Below are positions 1-12,660 of a stretch of 64,000 bases of DNA, in pieces. The notes beneath the pieces are model-generated. The model did no database searches. It was not told where the DNA came from and was given only the letters and a program-made list of their open reading frames with translations. Numbering within the stretch: position 1 is the first letter of the stretch; every line of letters begins with the position of its first letter. Source of the DNA: Podarcis liolepis. Taxonomy: Eukaryota. Position numbers and translations under genes: made by a program. The DNA lies in NCBI GenBank assembly GCA_965112155.1, contig OZ218105.1; one strand, given 5' to 3'.

Positions 1-939
1 AAAGCTGTTCCAGTAAGTTGCAGGATGCTATCTGCAGCATGCAGATAGACCCTTTCAGTGCCAGTGTGACCTTGCGCAGGGTATTCTTGTCAAAATCCAA
101 GGAGACGTGTGTGTGTGTTTGTGTGTGTGTGTGGTGTTCTTTGACGGTGCTTCGTTTTAATAATTCATGAGATGTACTTAACTTGCAAGATTTTAATTAT
201 ACCTTTATCAGTTCCCCCCATTTAAAATTCCAATATAGCAGAACAAGGAGACAGTAAACTCTACATTTTAAGCTCCAGCGTTAAAGGGATAAAGCCTCTT
301 TGAAAATGGATTTCATGTCCTGGGTGACAAAATGACTCTGAGAGTTTTGTTGTGCATATACATGCATGCATACACAATCTCACATGTATGTATGCATGGG
401 TTTCTCTTGGTAATATGCATTTGCGCTCTTCTCATACAAAGATTACGTGATCATATTACCACCCCATCCCACTGACAGACAAAAGGAAAGGGCTGTGACC
501 TTCCAAGGTCACAATAGCTGAACCATAAACAGCAGTCTGGTTTCCCACTTCATAGTCCTTATTTATGACAGCTGAAATAAGCTTCCCAGGATGTTTAAGA
601 TGGTTCCTTTTCTCTTTCTCTTTGGTTTTGTTGCATCCCACCAGCCGCAACTAGCCTTCTTTCCTCTGGACATTTATTTTCTTCCCAAACTAGCCTTTAT
701 GTTTGTGTATTTTAAAAGAGAGTTGAAAATGCACCTGTTCAGAATTGCATTCCCTGATTGATTTTTCTTGTTTTATCATAGGTTTTTTTATGTTGTTAGC
801 CTCTCTCTCCTTCACTCCCCTTTCCCCTTCTTTCATTTATTTTTTGCTTTTTAGACTGTAAGCCTGCAGGCAAGATTCATTATCCTTTTAATGTACTCTA
901 TAAAGCAATGGTGGGCAGACTTCAGGATAGCAAGACACT

Positions 940-994
940 CTTCTTCTTCTTCTTCTTCTTCTTCTTCTTCTTCTTCTTCTTCTTCTTCTTCTTC
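940..994. repeat. (CTT)n microsatellite
   Basis: Pure CTT run; explains the poly-Lys ORF 922-1137. Confidence 0.95.
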
Positions 995-1200
995 ACTAGA
1001 TACCCAAGATCCTCTAACTGGAGTCTAGGTGCCAAAAACATATCACTGAGATTTAAAGAATACAAAGCCCTGTGAAGGAATTTGCTCTGAGTACCAGAAC
1101 AGAGCTCACAACACAAAAATCCACTCCTGCTTGCCATATTTCTTCATTTCAGAATTATGTTTTTTGGTGGTTGGGGTGGGGTCATTTTGTTGCCACCATC

Positions 1201-1340
1201 GAATAGCTCAGTTGACAGAGCATTAATTTCAGGGTTGTGAGTTTGAGCCCTACGCTGGGTGAAAGACTCCTGCACTGCAGGGGGTTTGACAAGGTGACTC
1301 TTGTGGTTCCTTCCAACTCTACAATTCTATGATTCTATGA
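1201..1340 (+). mobile_element. Short tRNA-derived SINE with CR1-type 3' tail (POMSINE-like)
   Basis: A-box-like tagctcagttg, B-box-like gtttgagccc, and the CR1 tail ccttccaactctacaattctatgattctatga. Confidence 0.75.
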
Positions 1341-1859
1341 ATAACTGAGACAGAAATCTGAGTGCATCTATTTCATTTCATGGTGTTCCATGACCACATT
1401 GGTGTTTGCCACCCTGGGTTCCTTTGGAAAGTATGGTGGGATAGGCATTTACGTAATCATCACCCATCTACCAGTAAATCCCAGTCTTCCTGCCCACCTT
1501 GCTATAAAGCATTTTTTATACCAATAATAATAATTTGAAGACTGTACACTTGGCTCATACAGCTTCTATGCAAGCCCATTGGGCTCATGTGCCCTGGTCC
1601 TCAGGTGTACACATGCTTCCAGACGCATGGAAGACATGTGTAATGTGAAAGGTCACTAATACAGCTGCACATATCATAACTGGAGTCATTTTAACCTTTG
1701 ATTAAATCACATTTACTTCCAGTTAGGATTCTACATATCTGTCCTGTGCACTTTCCAGCCAAAGGAACGCATACGGCAGATAGTTAAGCATTTCTTCTCA
1801 AAGATAACACTTACAGTTGCTTCTACAGCTCTGGATATCTGCACACACCATTCTAATGT

Positions 1860-2260
1860 CTAGCCAGCTATTCCTAGGCCCACACTCTGTGGAACAGTTG
1901 CAGGGACCACTCCACTTTCCACCAGTTTATGTACCTTTCCCCAATGGGCTGTGTACAAGCAGCTGAGACTGCACCTGCATGGAAACTTCCTCTGCTCCTC
2001 CCTTTTCAATTCCCTCCTGGTTCTAGGGGACAGTGGTGCAGGAGATGGTGGTCCTTCATTTGCCTGACCTGCCTCTTCTTCCAACCCATCCTGTGCTCCA
2101 CCCTCCTGTTCCAAATCTTCTCCTGCCTCTGATTCTTGCCTCCTTACTGGTACAGGCCACCACAAACCATTGTCTCCCTCTCCTGAGTCAGACGTCAGCA
2201 GCCCCTGCATGCATATGTACCTATGATGAGCGCCTGAGATTGCAACCAATATATGATATG
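1860..2260 (-). mobile_element. Probable degenerate Gypsy-type LTR fragment
   Basis: Purine-rich minus strand reading as an acidic stretch plus PPSPAPLSPRTRR, a pattern I associate with squamate LTR remnants. Ends not resolved. Confidence 0.3.
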
Positions 2261-4666
2261 GGCCCTGTCTTGATCAGAGTAGTAGCTGCAGCTGAAATTC
2301 ATTAGCTTCTAGCTCACATAAGAACACCACTACACCTGTGAGCAATAAATGTGCCCAGGAGGAACATATAAAGGGGCTCAAAAGACTGAGCTTTTCACTT
2401 GTCAAATTCAGCAGGGATTTATCTCCAGCAAAATGCCTTCATCTACTCTTGGGGTTATCTGACCCTTGAGCTTAGCTCACAGCAGTAGCCAGATGTGAGC
2501 CACAGCAACGCTGTAGATGAACCTCACACTGTCCAGAGAGCAGCCTCTCCACTCCCACTTCTTCCTGGAAATGACAGATGAAAGAAAACACTTCACACAA
2601 TTAGGCCTAGGTCCCCCCTCTTTTTTTTTTTTCTTTTTTTTTGCTAGACTAGGCTTTCCTGTGAGGTTTCCATTAGCTTGTGGCTTGGGTCTGAACCAGG
2701 AATACAGTGAGAACTGCCTCTCTCGTGGTTTCTTAGCCAATGCAGAAAAGTGCATGAAACAGACGGGTCAGGGTGGGTGGGGGTGGGGAGAGGCGAAGAA
2801 ACAAAAACAGAAGAAGGAAGAAAAACATTATCCAGACATGGCCAAGGCTTAAGTAAAGTTTCAATTCAAAAGAGGACCAAAGGTTTACACTTATTTGTAT
2901 TGTACTGGAATCTCTGAGGAATCAAGCTGTAGTTACTCAAGTAGTAGTGGAGGCCAAATTTTGGAACTGGAAAGTAAGAAGAGGAAATGGGCCACAGTTC
3001 AAAGATGTAGCAAAGTAATGTGATATAATTCCCTTTACTGTACATGTTTACAGCCAGACTTTCCAAACTGGTGTCATCTAGACTACAATTCCCATCAGCC
3101 CCAGCCATCAGGGGTTGGTTTTATTCATCCATTTGAGAATTTCTAGCCTTCCATTCATCATATATCCCAGGGTAGGCTACAGTGCAGTAAAACATTACAG
3201 TTAAACCAATGAGACATTGCAAATGAAAAAAGCAGCATATCCTCTCTAAACACTGAGGGAGCTCCTCAGGTGCAGCAGTGACAAAATTGCCAATAACATA
3301 AGTAAGTCCAAGGAAACAGATGAGATTTCACTTATGCAGACATGGCTGAAGCTTTGACACCAGCCTTCTAGGATAGGGATGGGCAAATTAGCTGGTTTCT
3401 ATTTCTCTCAATTTCTCACCTTTTGCCCATTCTGTTCCTGAAAACTTATCTTCAAGTGGTTATAAAGAAAAATAACCAGGGCTGTGGGAACTCCTACCTC
3501 CCGGTGGAGTGTCTTCTCTCACCAAGGACTAGATATACCATTTCTGGTGGGAATGTGATGCTGGCTATACCACTCTCACATTGAATAAGACTTGAAATAA
3601 TCCAAAATCTGGGCACTTGAGATTCACTGGACTGTAATTGCAAATAACCAATTCGAACTGCAATCCTGGGCAAGCAACAGAAGTAGGATGAACTGGAACT
3701 GTTCATATCCCATAGATTCCCTTTGGTTCAAGGAAAGAAAAGATGATCTATTGACATTTGATCTACAGGAATTTGTGTGACTCAAAGGCAAAAAGACCCT
3801 GGAAACATGACATTCCAATATGAAAAATAAAAAATACATTTTTTGCTATATGTTACATATTGAGCATGTGAAAGAAAGAAAAAATGAAATGAGGAATGAA
3901 AAAGGTCCTTAAAATCAATTTTTAATGCCCCAGCAATCAAAAAAACATTAAGTGTAGTTGGTATGAACAACAACAACAACAACAAACCTTTGATGAATTA
4001 TAGTCACCACTGTTTATATTGTATAAGCTACAGACTTTTGACAGAGCTAATTAAACCTGTTTGAAGTAATAGAGCCATTTCATCTGAGTGTATAATGTAT
4101 GGCACACAGTTTGTATATTATTTAAAAGTCACAGCTCTAATAAACCAAATTAATGTTCTGACTTATTATATATCCAGTCAGTATATCATATGAAATGCAT
4201 GCACCATTAAGCCAATGAGTCACTCAGCTCTCAAGCTGCACAAACCCACTATAAGACTGGTTAGATGTGAGTGTGAGCCAGATCAGAAACACTCTAAATG
4301 CTGATCAACAGCTTTTAATTTAACTAGACATTGTCATCTCATATGCCTCTACATATGTTGAATTATGCCAGCACTGGGCTCCTATGAAGCATAGGAGACC
4401 AATGCTTAGGATCAAAATGCTATGGCCTTCATAATTTGCAGTAAATGGGCTTGAGCCATATACACATGCACGCATGCATGCACAAATTATTCATCAATGA
4501 AGAAAAAACTAGTACTTACTAATCAGCCTCGTCTCCACAATGCTAAAGAAAATCTGGGGAAAAACCATAACAATAGCTCTGATGGATCTCATAAGTGGCC
4601 CATCTTGTCCACCATCCTGTTCTTACAACATCCATCCAGAGTCCCATATGTACCCCACTCCTACTG

Positions 4667-5188
4667 CAGTGTTTCCCAACCGGTGTTCCGCGGCACACGA
4701 GTGTGCCGTGAGACATCGGCTGGTGTGCCGCGAGATGCCTGGAGGGAGGCGGGCGAGTCGGGCGGCGAGAGGCGGGGCGGCGGCGGCGAGGAGAGGCCGC
4801 GTCTCCTGCTGCTGCCTGGCGCTCCTCCTCGCAGCCGGCAGCGCTGCCTGGGCGCCTCCGCGCGACTCTGCCTCGCTGGGTTTGGTCTCCCAGCAGAGAC
4901 GGGTCACACGCGCCCCTCCCTCCCTCCCTCAGCCTGCGTGGAGGGAGAGCCAGAGAGAGGCATCGCTCCTGCGCGGCGGGAGAGGGAGCAGCCGGAGCGA
5001 TGCCCCAAACGAGCTGAATTCCGAGCGAGGGACTGAGGGGGGAGGGAAAAAACTTTCACTTTTGTGCGTCCCTCCTGGCGTGACGCTGCGCGCTGACGTC
5101 ACGGGGCGGGGCTTTAATGGTGGTGTGCCGCGAGATTTTTTTTCAGTAGACAGGTGTGCCGTTGCCCAAAAAAGTTTGGGAAACACTG
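4667..5188. mobile_element. Non-autonomous hAT element (522 bp) with GC/CpG-rich internal cargo
   Basis: 13-bp TIR CAGTGTTTCCCAA, perfect 8-bp TSD TCCTACTG (4659-4666 and 5189-5196), subterminal GTGTGCCG repeats at both ends. Confidence 0.92.
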
Positions 5189-5611
5189 TCCTACTGAATA
5201 GCCTTTATCAATCATCGTGGCTTGATTTCTGTTCCCTTCCCCTCCAAGCTTCCAAAGGCACAGGGCCACTACACCAAAACAAGCTTCAAAATAAAACTTG
5301 GATCAATCAACCAATCAATTAAAAGGTATAGTGTCAACATTCTGCAGTGCTACCATTCTGCACGTGATTGCAATCTGCTAGCGATGCAAGCTGTAATAAT
5401 CGTTAGGGCAAGACCCTACCTTCTCAGCCATCGAAGAAGAAAAAAAGCAGAACATCAGCATGAGATACACATTTTTTAAAGGATTTGTGTCACTCAGAAT
5501 TTTGAATCTTAAATGGTATCCATTTATTCTACTATGAATTGTAGGCATACATAGTTATATGTTTGCTTCAAGGGTACTTAAAGGTAATTTTTTTTAAAAA
5601 TCCACTAGAAC

Positions 5612-5746
5612 ACGGCGTGGGGGTCTGTGTGGCCCTCCAGATGTTATTGAACCCCAACTCCCATCAGCTCCAGCCTGTGTAGGCAATGGTCAAATTACGT
5701 GAGATTTAGCCCAACACGTGGAAGGCCACAGGTTCCCCACTCCTGC
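5612..5746. mobile_element. Degenerate palindromic hAT-type MITE (caactcccatca core family)
   Basis: ggccctccagatgtt...caactcccatcagc...ggaaggccacaggttccccactcctg; related to 23778-23914 and 50194-50331. Confidence 0.6.
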
Positions 5747-7717
5747 ACTCGAAGAATGATGGCAAAAAATCAATGCTCAAAGAGTCACACCATCATATCA
5801 CAACACAGACCTATCATATATGCTGGGAATGTGCAACGGTGAGAAATGGTCTTCTATGCACAGACCAAATCAGGTGTCATCACATATGGTTCCGAAAATG
5901 TTTGGCTCTTAGGAGAATGAGAACAATGCATACAGGAAGGTCATGTTTTGATCTGAGCATTTTATTTTCATGTTGCTGGGATCATTTAGACCCCAGACAC
6001 TTGGAAGCGTTGCATTTCATTTCAAGCCCTTTCTGCTGAAATTTTACGCTGAACAAAAACTAGAGTTGGTAGTATGGTGAAGCCGGCACAGAACAATTGA
6101 CCTCATTCACTTTTGAGAGTACTTGATGGATGAAGCAGCTCAAGCTTGTTGGGGGGGGGGATGTTATTACATTTCTCTACCCCCACCCCACTTTTTTAAG
6201 CCTCTCATTCTTTCAACTGATGAAGACATTTATGGATCCTTCCCAGCCAGTCATGAAATAGCAGTTACATTCCTACAGTTACATTTTGACTTTTTCTACC
6301 CATTTTACCACACTAACTCCATGAGAGAACCGATGTAAGTTAAATTAACACTTTTAATGCTAGTATACAAACAAAAGCCCCCCCCCAAAAAAAATCAAAA
6401 GTGTCTCACTATAGATATGAAATCCCCACAGCCCAAGTTACTTTACAAATTGGGAAGGAGCAAGTCTCTTGGCCAGATGTCCGACTGAATTCTACTGTCG
6501 TCTGCCACTATCAATCATCGTTATGACTGCAACCTTTGTTCTAGGAAGCTTGTCAACATCCAGGGTGCGCTTCCAGGATTACCATGTTTTCCTCCTGATG
6601 GTGGAAGAGTACTAGAGGCAGGCAATATGTTAGATTCAATTTCTGAGGGATGTATAAAACATAATTATGAATATAAATGTTCTTATGCCTACTTACACTG
6701 TGAACACAATGTCCTGGTGGTGTGGTATACAGTATCCATAAAAGGATGGTTTGTTGTCCAAATGTGTGACTCTCAATCCAAATTAAAATACTCAGATTGG
6801 CTTTTTCCCAGAGGTCACCTTTGTGCAATTAATCCAGACTGTGCCCTGAAGTCCTGCACCTGCTGGTTGACACTTTACCTGGCAATCATGTTTTCTAATG
6901 AGTACCATACTAGTGCCATCCCGGTACTACCTGAAGCAAACATGTAAAGCATGGGAAATAGATGTACATGGAATGGGCAGTTGTGATCCAATTAGCGCAC
7001 TTAGAAGTGAGTATATGAATTTCCATTCGCAGACATGTTGGGTATGGGAAATGCTGTTGCCGTGTAAGGAGTAGAGCCACTTACAGATGGGCACAAGGAA
7101 GGGAATCACAGCAGTATTTGGGTCTGCACTGCCACAACGAATACACCAGCAAAATGTTTTGTCTCTCTTAAGACCCCTAATGACCTAGGTCTGTCATGGA
7201 ATGTTGCCTTGTTCTGATGTTTGATTCCTTGTGATCCTAGCCAACAGACAATAAGGAAAGATATAAATTAGAGAGCCCAAACTATGCCACATTGCCACAG
7301 CATTCACTTGGTTCCTGTAGCTGAGGAAAGTTCACAGCAAAGACTGCTCCGCTGCAAAGTCCTGCAGACATAAATGCTCCTTGGAGTCCTCTAAGTTGCT
7401 GTGTGACCTCACCCATGGAGATGAATAAATGGAAAGCCTTTCAACTAGTGGCTGAGGAGTTTCAGTATAGAAACTAAAAGAAATGAGCCTAGGAATAGAG
7501 CAAGAAAAGGGGGGAAGGAGCAGGAAAGGATGGAAGAAGGAGGGGGAAAGGGAAGAAGGAAGGAGTTGCTGCCTTGTCACTATGGAGATGGACTAAGGCA
7601 GCAAATGGGTTGCATTTTACTAATTGTTTTGAAATATTTCGCCAGATCTTTGGATGAAGGTTCCTAAAAGGAAGTCAATGGTGGTGTCACGAGATTCTGT
7701 TACTGTGCTTTCTCAGG

Positions 7718-8042
7718 GCCAGGGGCACTGACTCCTAGGGGCTGAACCCCTTTGGGCCCCCCAATATTTGTTAGTGGGAGGCTGATTTCCCCTCGATATT
7801 CACCTGGGTGCCATGTTTGATGTCACAACATCATACATGATGCCCAGACATGAAGCTGTCACATGAGCCAGCAACATGGAGGCAGAGGAGCTGCCAGCCA
7901 TGGAAGCCAAGCAGCTGCATGACAGTGTCACATCCAGGCATCACTCATGACACTGTGTCATTGCACACAATGCCCAGACGTGATGTCATGATGTCATGCG
8001 CAATGTCAGCCCCCCAATTGCTTTCCGGAGTTAGTGTACCTT
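7718..8042. mobile_element. Degenerate non-autonomous DNA transposon
   Basis: Imperfect inverted ends (ggggcactgactcc / ggagttagtgtacc) and internal tgatgtca repeats. Confidence 0.45.
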
Positions 8043-8125
8043 CTCAGGGCTTTTCTCCTTTTAAATAGCACCTGCTGGGAAGCTCAAGTGTGAAGCATGC
8101 TCCTTCACTCAGAGCCAGTTGGTGT

Positions 8126-8215
8126 CATAGCTGTCAACTTTTCCCTTTTCTTGCGAGGAATCCTATTTGGAATAAGGGAATTTCCCTTAAAAAGGGGGGG
8201 AAGTTGACATCTATG
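8126..8215. mobile_element. 90-bp hAT MITE
   Basis: Ends CATAGCTGTCAACTT / AAGTTGACATCTATG, 8-bp TSD GTTGGTGT. Confidence 0.9.
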
Positions 8216-9365
8216 GTTGGTGTGCTTCCTGTAGGCATCTAGTTGGCCACTGTAAGAATAGGACGTTGGATTGTCTGGACCTTTAGTCTGATGCAGCAGG
8301 GCTTTTCTTACATAAACAATATTTAGAAGGGGTAAAATATTTATTTATTTGGTAATCACAATATTTCAGAGGCTCCTCCACCAATATTCCAGATCTCCTT
8401 TCCCTTGTTGTCTTGATAAGTGGATGAACCAATAAGTGATCATTTAAAAAGGTGTTGCTTGCAAATGCTGCAATAACAAATCTGGTGAAAGCATGGATGG
8501 TAGCAGTTGCTTTTGCAGAGACGATACTGTCTGCAGAATGGTGCCTCTCCTCTCCTTCCACTATGAGCAGCAAAAGTAGAATAGGCCGTACAAATGTCAG
8601 GGGTAGCTGGGCCCTTGGGAGCAGCCAGAAGTCAGTGCTCTAAGTCATGTTACGGTTAACAATAAAAAGAAGTCTTTTCTTGAGCAGTTCATCCAGGTTA
8701 GAAAGGACCGTACGAGGATGGATTTGGCACAAGGCCTTGACAGAGATGGATTGTGACTCCTCCAGGCTGCTGTGGGCCTATTAATTAAATGGTAAAAGAT
8801 TTTCCCATGAAAGCTAGTAAAAACACCGCGGCCACTTCCAAAGCAACAGAGAAATAAACACCACGGACAGTGAAATGCTTTTAGCTAGCACATGTGAAAG
8901 TACTTATCAAGAGGAAATGAAAATGTATCATTTGATGCCATTCTCTATGCTTCATCTATGGCTTTGCTGGCAATTTGATGTCAGAAAACACACAATCACA
9001 CGCAGACAAAAAAAAGAAGAAGAAGAAAGGTTACAGTAACGGCTAAGTAGCACGGACCTGACACAAGCCAGAACATCTGTGCTCCATGTGTTTAAACAGC
9101 ACTGTTGGAGGGAAACTAGAAAGCCAAGAACGTTTGCGTCAGAGATCTTGGTGAGAAAATCTCAGTCCTGCTGCTTACAGTACTGTGTTCAGTTGATCAC
9201 ACAGAGAGATTGGGGACAACTTTGGGAACAATTTGCCTTAACTAACCTTTGCCTGTGCATTGTGATTTTCTGGGCTATTATATATTCAAACTTATTGTTA
9301 CTGCTCTAAGTAGCAAGGGCTAGGGACAATAGACAAGTGTCGCTATCCTGACAATATTAGCAATG

Positions 9366-9701
9366 CATACCCTCCAACATTTCTCCGATGAAAATAGGAA
9401 CATCCCATTCCATAATGAGAATTTATACCACACGCATCTTACTAGGTTGCCCAAGCCACTTTAGGCAGTTTCCAACACATATAAAAATATTATAAAACAC
9501 TAAACATTTTAAAAACTTCCCTATGGCAGGATTGCCTTCGGACAGCTCAGGGGTTGGATAACCCCATACCCTCCAATATTTCTCAAATGAAAATAGGGAC
9601 ATCCTAAGGAAATGTGGGACATTCTGGGATCAAATCAGAAACCGGGACTGCTTCTCTAAATCAGGGACGTCCCTGGAAAATAGGGACACTTGGAGGGTCT
9701 G
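9366..9701. mobile_element. hAT-like MITE with duplicated left end and internal L2 3' fragment
   Basis: CATACCCTCCAA left end at 9366 and again at about 9565, right end TTGGAGGGTCTG. The interior 9420-9545 matches the minus-strand L2 tail seen elsewhere in the window. A partial relative lies at about 39450-39575. Confidence 0.7.
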
Positions 9702-11728
9702 GCACTGTGCTTGCAACTAACTCTGGGCTGGGGCTTGTAACAAACTGTGGACCCACCTCACTCACTGCCTCCCCACCTCCCACTCACTGCTGCTTCAGCT
9801 GCATCACTTAGGAAGCCATAGCCCCAACTCCCCTAACACAGAGACAATAGCTGGTTCTTTTCTCCTCCTCTCCACCCCACTGATTCTAGGGTTGGGCCGC
9901 CTTTTCCCATCTTTGGACCCCTGTGATCTTGGCCACCCACATTTCAATCCTTCCGGGGTCTGCTTCCCCAGTGTACAGGAAACACACTGATGAAGAAGAC
10001 CACAGAAAGAACTGGGGAGTGGAGGGTTCCAGTCTTCTCAGTTTGACTGAATGCAAGGAAGACACATGCAACCAAACCACCGTGTGGGGCTGTTTGAAAG
10101 CCCTCTTGCAAATATCCCTGCCTGCTACTCCCCTCCCCCCTCCCCAATGCTCTCCCCCCTGACATCCCCACCTAAAGGTGTTCCAGTGCTGCCTCAACCT
10201 GACTCAGTTGAAGCCCGGATTGGCCTAGAATGTCCTGATTAGGTTTGCAATTTGGGGCTTGGCCAACAGCCAGAATTTAACTGGCCGAATTTTGTTAAAA
10301 TCAGTGCACTTTTGAAAGTTTCAGCCCACCATTTTGATTCAGAATAGTACCTAACGGTATTCAAATGGAGAGTAAAATTGCCCCTTCTGTCTAAAGAATC
10401 ATTGTGCCTAATTGGGTGATGATATTTTCAGAGGTGTCCAAATCAGTGCAGTTTGGAATGGCTCGGTTTGCCATCTTGATTCAAAATGGCACCTGATAGC
10501 ATCCAAACATAGGCCTAAGCACCCTCCTCCATCACACCAAATTGGGCAACAATATCTTCAGAGGAGTCCAAACTGGCAAAGTTTGGAGCCCTTAGGTCAA
10601 TTGAGCAACCATATCACACCACCATATTGGATGACAGTATCTTCAGATGCATCCAGATTGGTACAGTTTGGAACTGTTCAATCCCAGCCAAAGCTGCCAA
10701 GTTCCTTCACTCCTGCAGCAACTTCTTTTGATGCCTCTTTTGGGGTTTGTATTTGCCCTCTCTCAGCAATTCTCTCCTCCTGCTCCTTCTTCTACTGTGA
10801 CTCACTTCCTTCCTTCTTGTTTAATCTCTCAAACTCTTCCACTGTGTCCTTTCAGCTGCACTGAATTAGATCTTCATGGGAAGCAGGGCAGAACCTATAC
10901 TTGGTATGTACCACATAGAACAGATCTATACTCTTTCTTGACCCACCAAGCCAAACACAGTCTATCAGCTATGTATGGCGGTCCATAAGGCTCTCCATGA
11001 ATCTCCTGTTTTTCTGCTGCTGATGCTGGACTACAAAAAAAGGTGGATTATCAATAACATGGCAGATCATTTTACATGGGATGCATTAGGTTTGGTTGTG
11101 CAATTTAGTACAAAGGAAGGTTTATCTTTTCCTCTTAGGCTGGGAGGGGCCATGTAATGGGATCATGAAGTAGTTGGGTTCTGAGTAAATGGAGAGTAGC
11201 ATGCCATCAATATTGGGTTCTAATAGCCAAAACAGCATATGGTCATTAACTGCAGAATTTCTAGAGAAACAATGTGCATATTTAAAATCGAACACACAGA
11301 GGCCACCGTCTAGGAGAGAGTTATGAGCATTTAAGCCCCATTGATTTTCATTGCTCCTAAGTGTGCACAACAGTGCATGGGATTGTGGCCAGAGGTAATA
11401 ACAGAAGTAGCCAATTTCAGAAGCTCAAGATATCATAAAGTTGCTACAAGGGAACATGTGCCAAATTGTCCACCTCCCAAAAAGAATAAACAGGGAGGGC
11501 AGGAGGTGGAATAGTTTTAAGAGTTCATATATGAGTGCATTCAATATTATTGCATGATGATCCTGGCCACTCCGTATTCTGAATCCCCAAATGTCAGCGT
11601 AATGCAGGGGATTGTTTGCCAATCGAACACCAATGTGCTGATTGTTAACTGCATACGATAATGATGATTTTTAAAATCTTGGGACTCATCTTGGTCAGAA
11701 AGAAAGAGCTCATTTTCACAGTGAAGCT

Positions 11729-12174
11729 AAGGATGGGCAAATCTGTCACTTTCGGTTCTCTCAGTTTCTCATTTTTCCATTCTTAAGCTCATTCTCCACA
11801 TTGCCGCATCAGTTTACAAATTTTGTTTTTAAAAAGTCACCATGAAATTCACCAGCATTTTGCTGTCAATCTCCCCTAATGTACACATTTGAAAGTAATT
11901 TTGCCAAACACACATGTTTTTGCAAAGCAATTTTCTATAACGTAATGCATTTTTGCATTTCATTTTCATGAATGTATGCATTTGCATTCACACTTTATCC
12001 TAATATATGCATTTTTCCAACCATTACTTGGCTGGAGAACTGCATTGAAAAGTTCAGTAAATGGGGAATTTCTGGGGATTGCTGTGTCTCAAGTCACATA
12101 TAGCTTTGGAAAGTGCAAAACAAGTAGGTTCACTTTTAAATGTGAACTAAATTAAATTTCTCTCCCAGTCCCTA
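11729..12174. mobile_element. Old AT-rich non-autonomous DNA element (family also at about 3375, 45003-45300, 46600-46960)
   Basis: Inverted ends taaggatggg / cccagtcccta; internal sequence is shared in reverse orientation with the other copies. Confidence 0.6.
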
Positions 12175-12413
12175 CTTACAGCCCTCCAAACCTCCTGCTT
12201 ATGAATGCCAAACTACATATGATAATCAGAAGACCAGCACAGAGGGGAGGAGTTCTTAACCTTTCCCCCTTGTGCTGTTTTTTCACTAAAATTACCCTCT
12301 TTGTGGGTGCTTCCAGGCCGCCACTATTTTGCAGGTAAGCTCCTATTGCATACCAGGAAATTCAGGTTGTGTAATTAAAGTGGACACACACAAAACTGCT
12401 TCTAAAAAAAATC

Positions 12414-12660
12414 AGAGCCAGTGTGGTGTAGTGGTTAAGAGCGATAGACTCGTAATCTGGGGAACCGGGTTCACGTCTCCGCTCCTCCACATGCAGCTGC
12501 TGGGTGACCTTGGGCCAGTCACGCTTCTTTGAAGTCTCTCAGCCCCACTCACCTCACAGAGTGCTTGTTGTGGGGGAGGAAGGGAAAGGAGAATGTTAGC
12601 CGCTTTGAGACTCCTTCGGGTAGTGATAAAGCAGGATATCAAATCCAAACTCTTCTTTTT
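12414..12660 (+). mobile_element. tRNA-derived SINE, Squam3-like
   Basis: A box tggtgtagtgg, B-box-like gggttcacgtct, CORE-like ctgggtgaccttgggccagtcac, and a (CTT)-type tail. Confidence 0.8.

Noticed and set aside
1201-1270. tRNA gene (also considered at 12414 and 51860)
   Set aside because: The A/B boxes run into SINE bodies or LINE-derived tails and lack a complete cloverleaf.
4497-5322. Long ORFs of 179 and 260 aa as an independent gene
   Set aside because: They cross both boundaries of a hAT insertion and are open because the cargo is GC-rich; only the internal signal-like segment is kept as a hypothesis.
8283-8643. Overlapping ORFs on both strands as a possible exon
   Set aside because: No recognisable domain or consistent splice signals.
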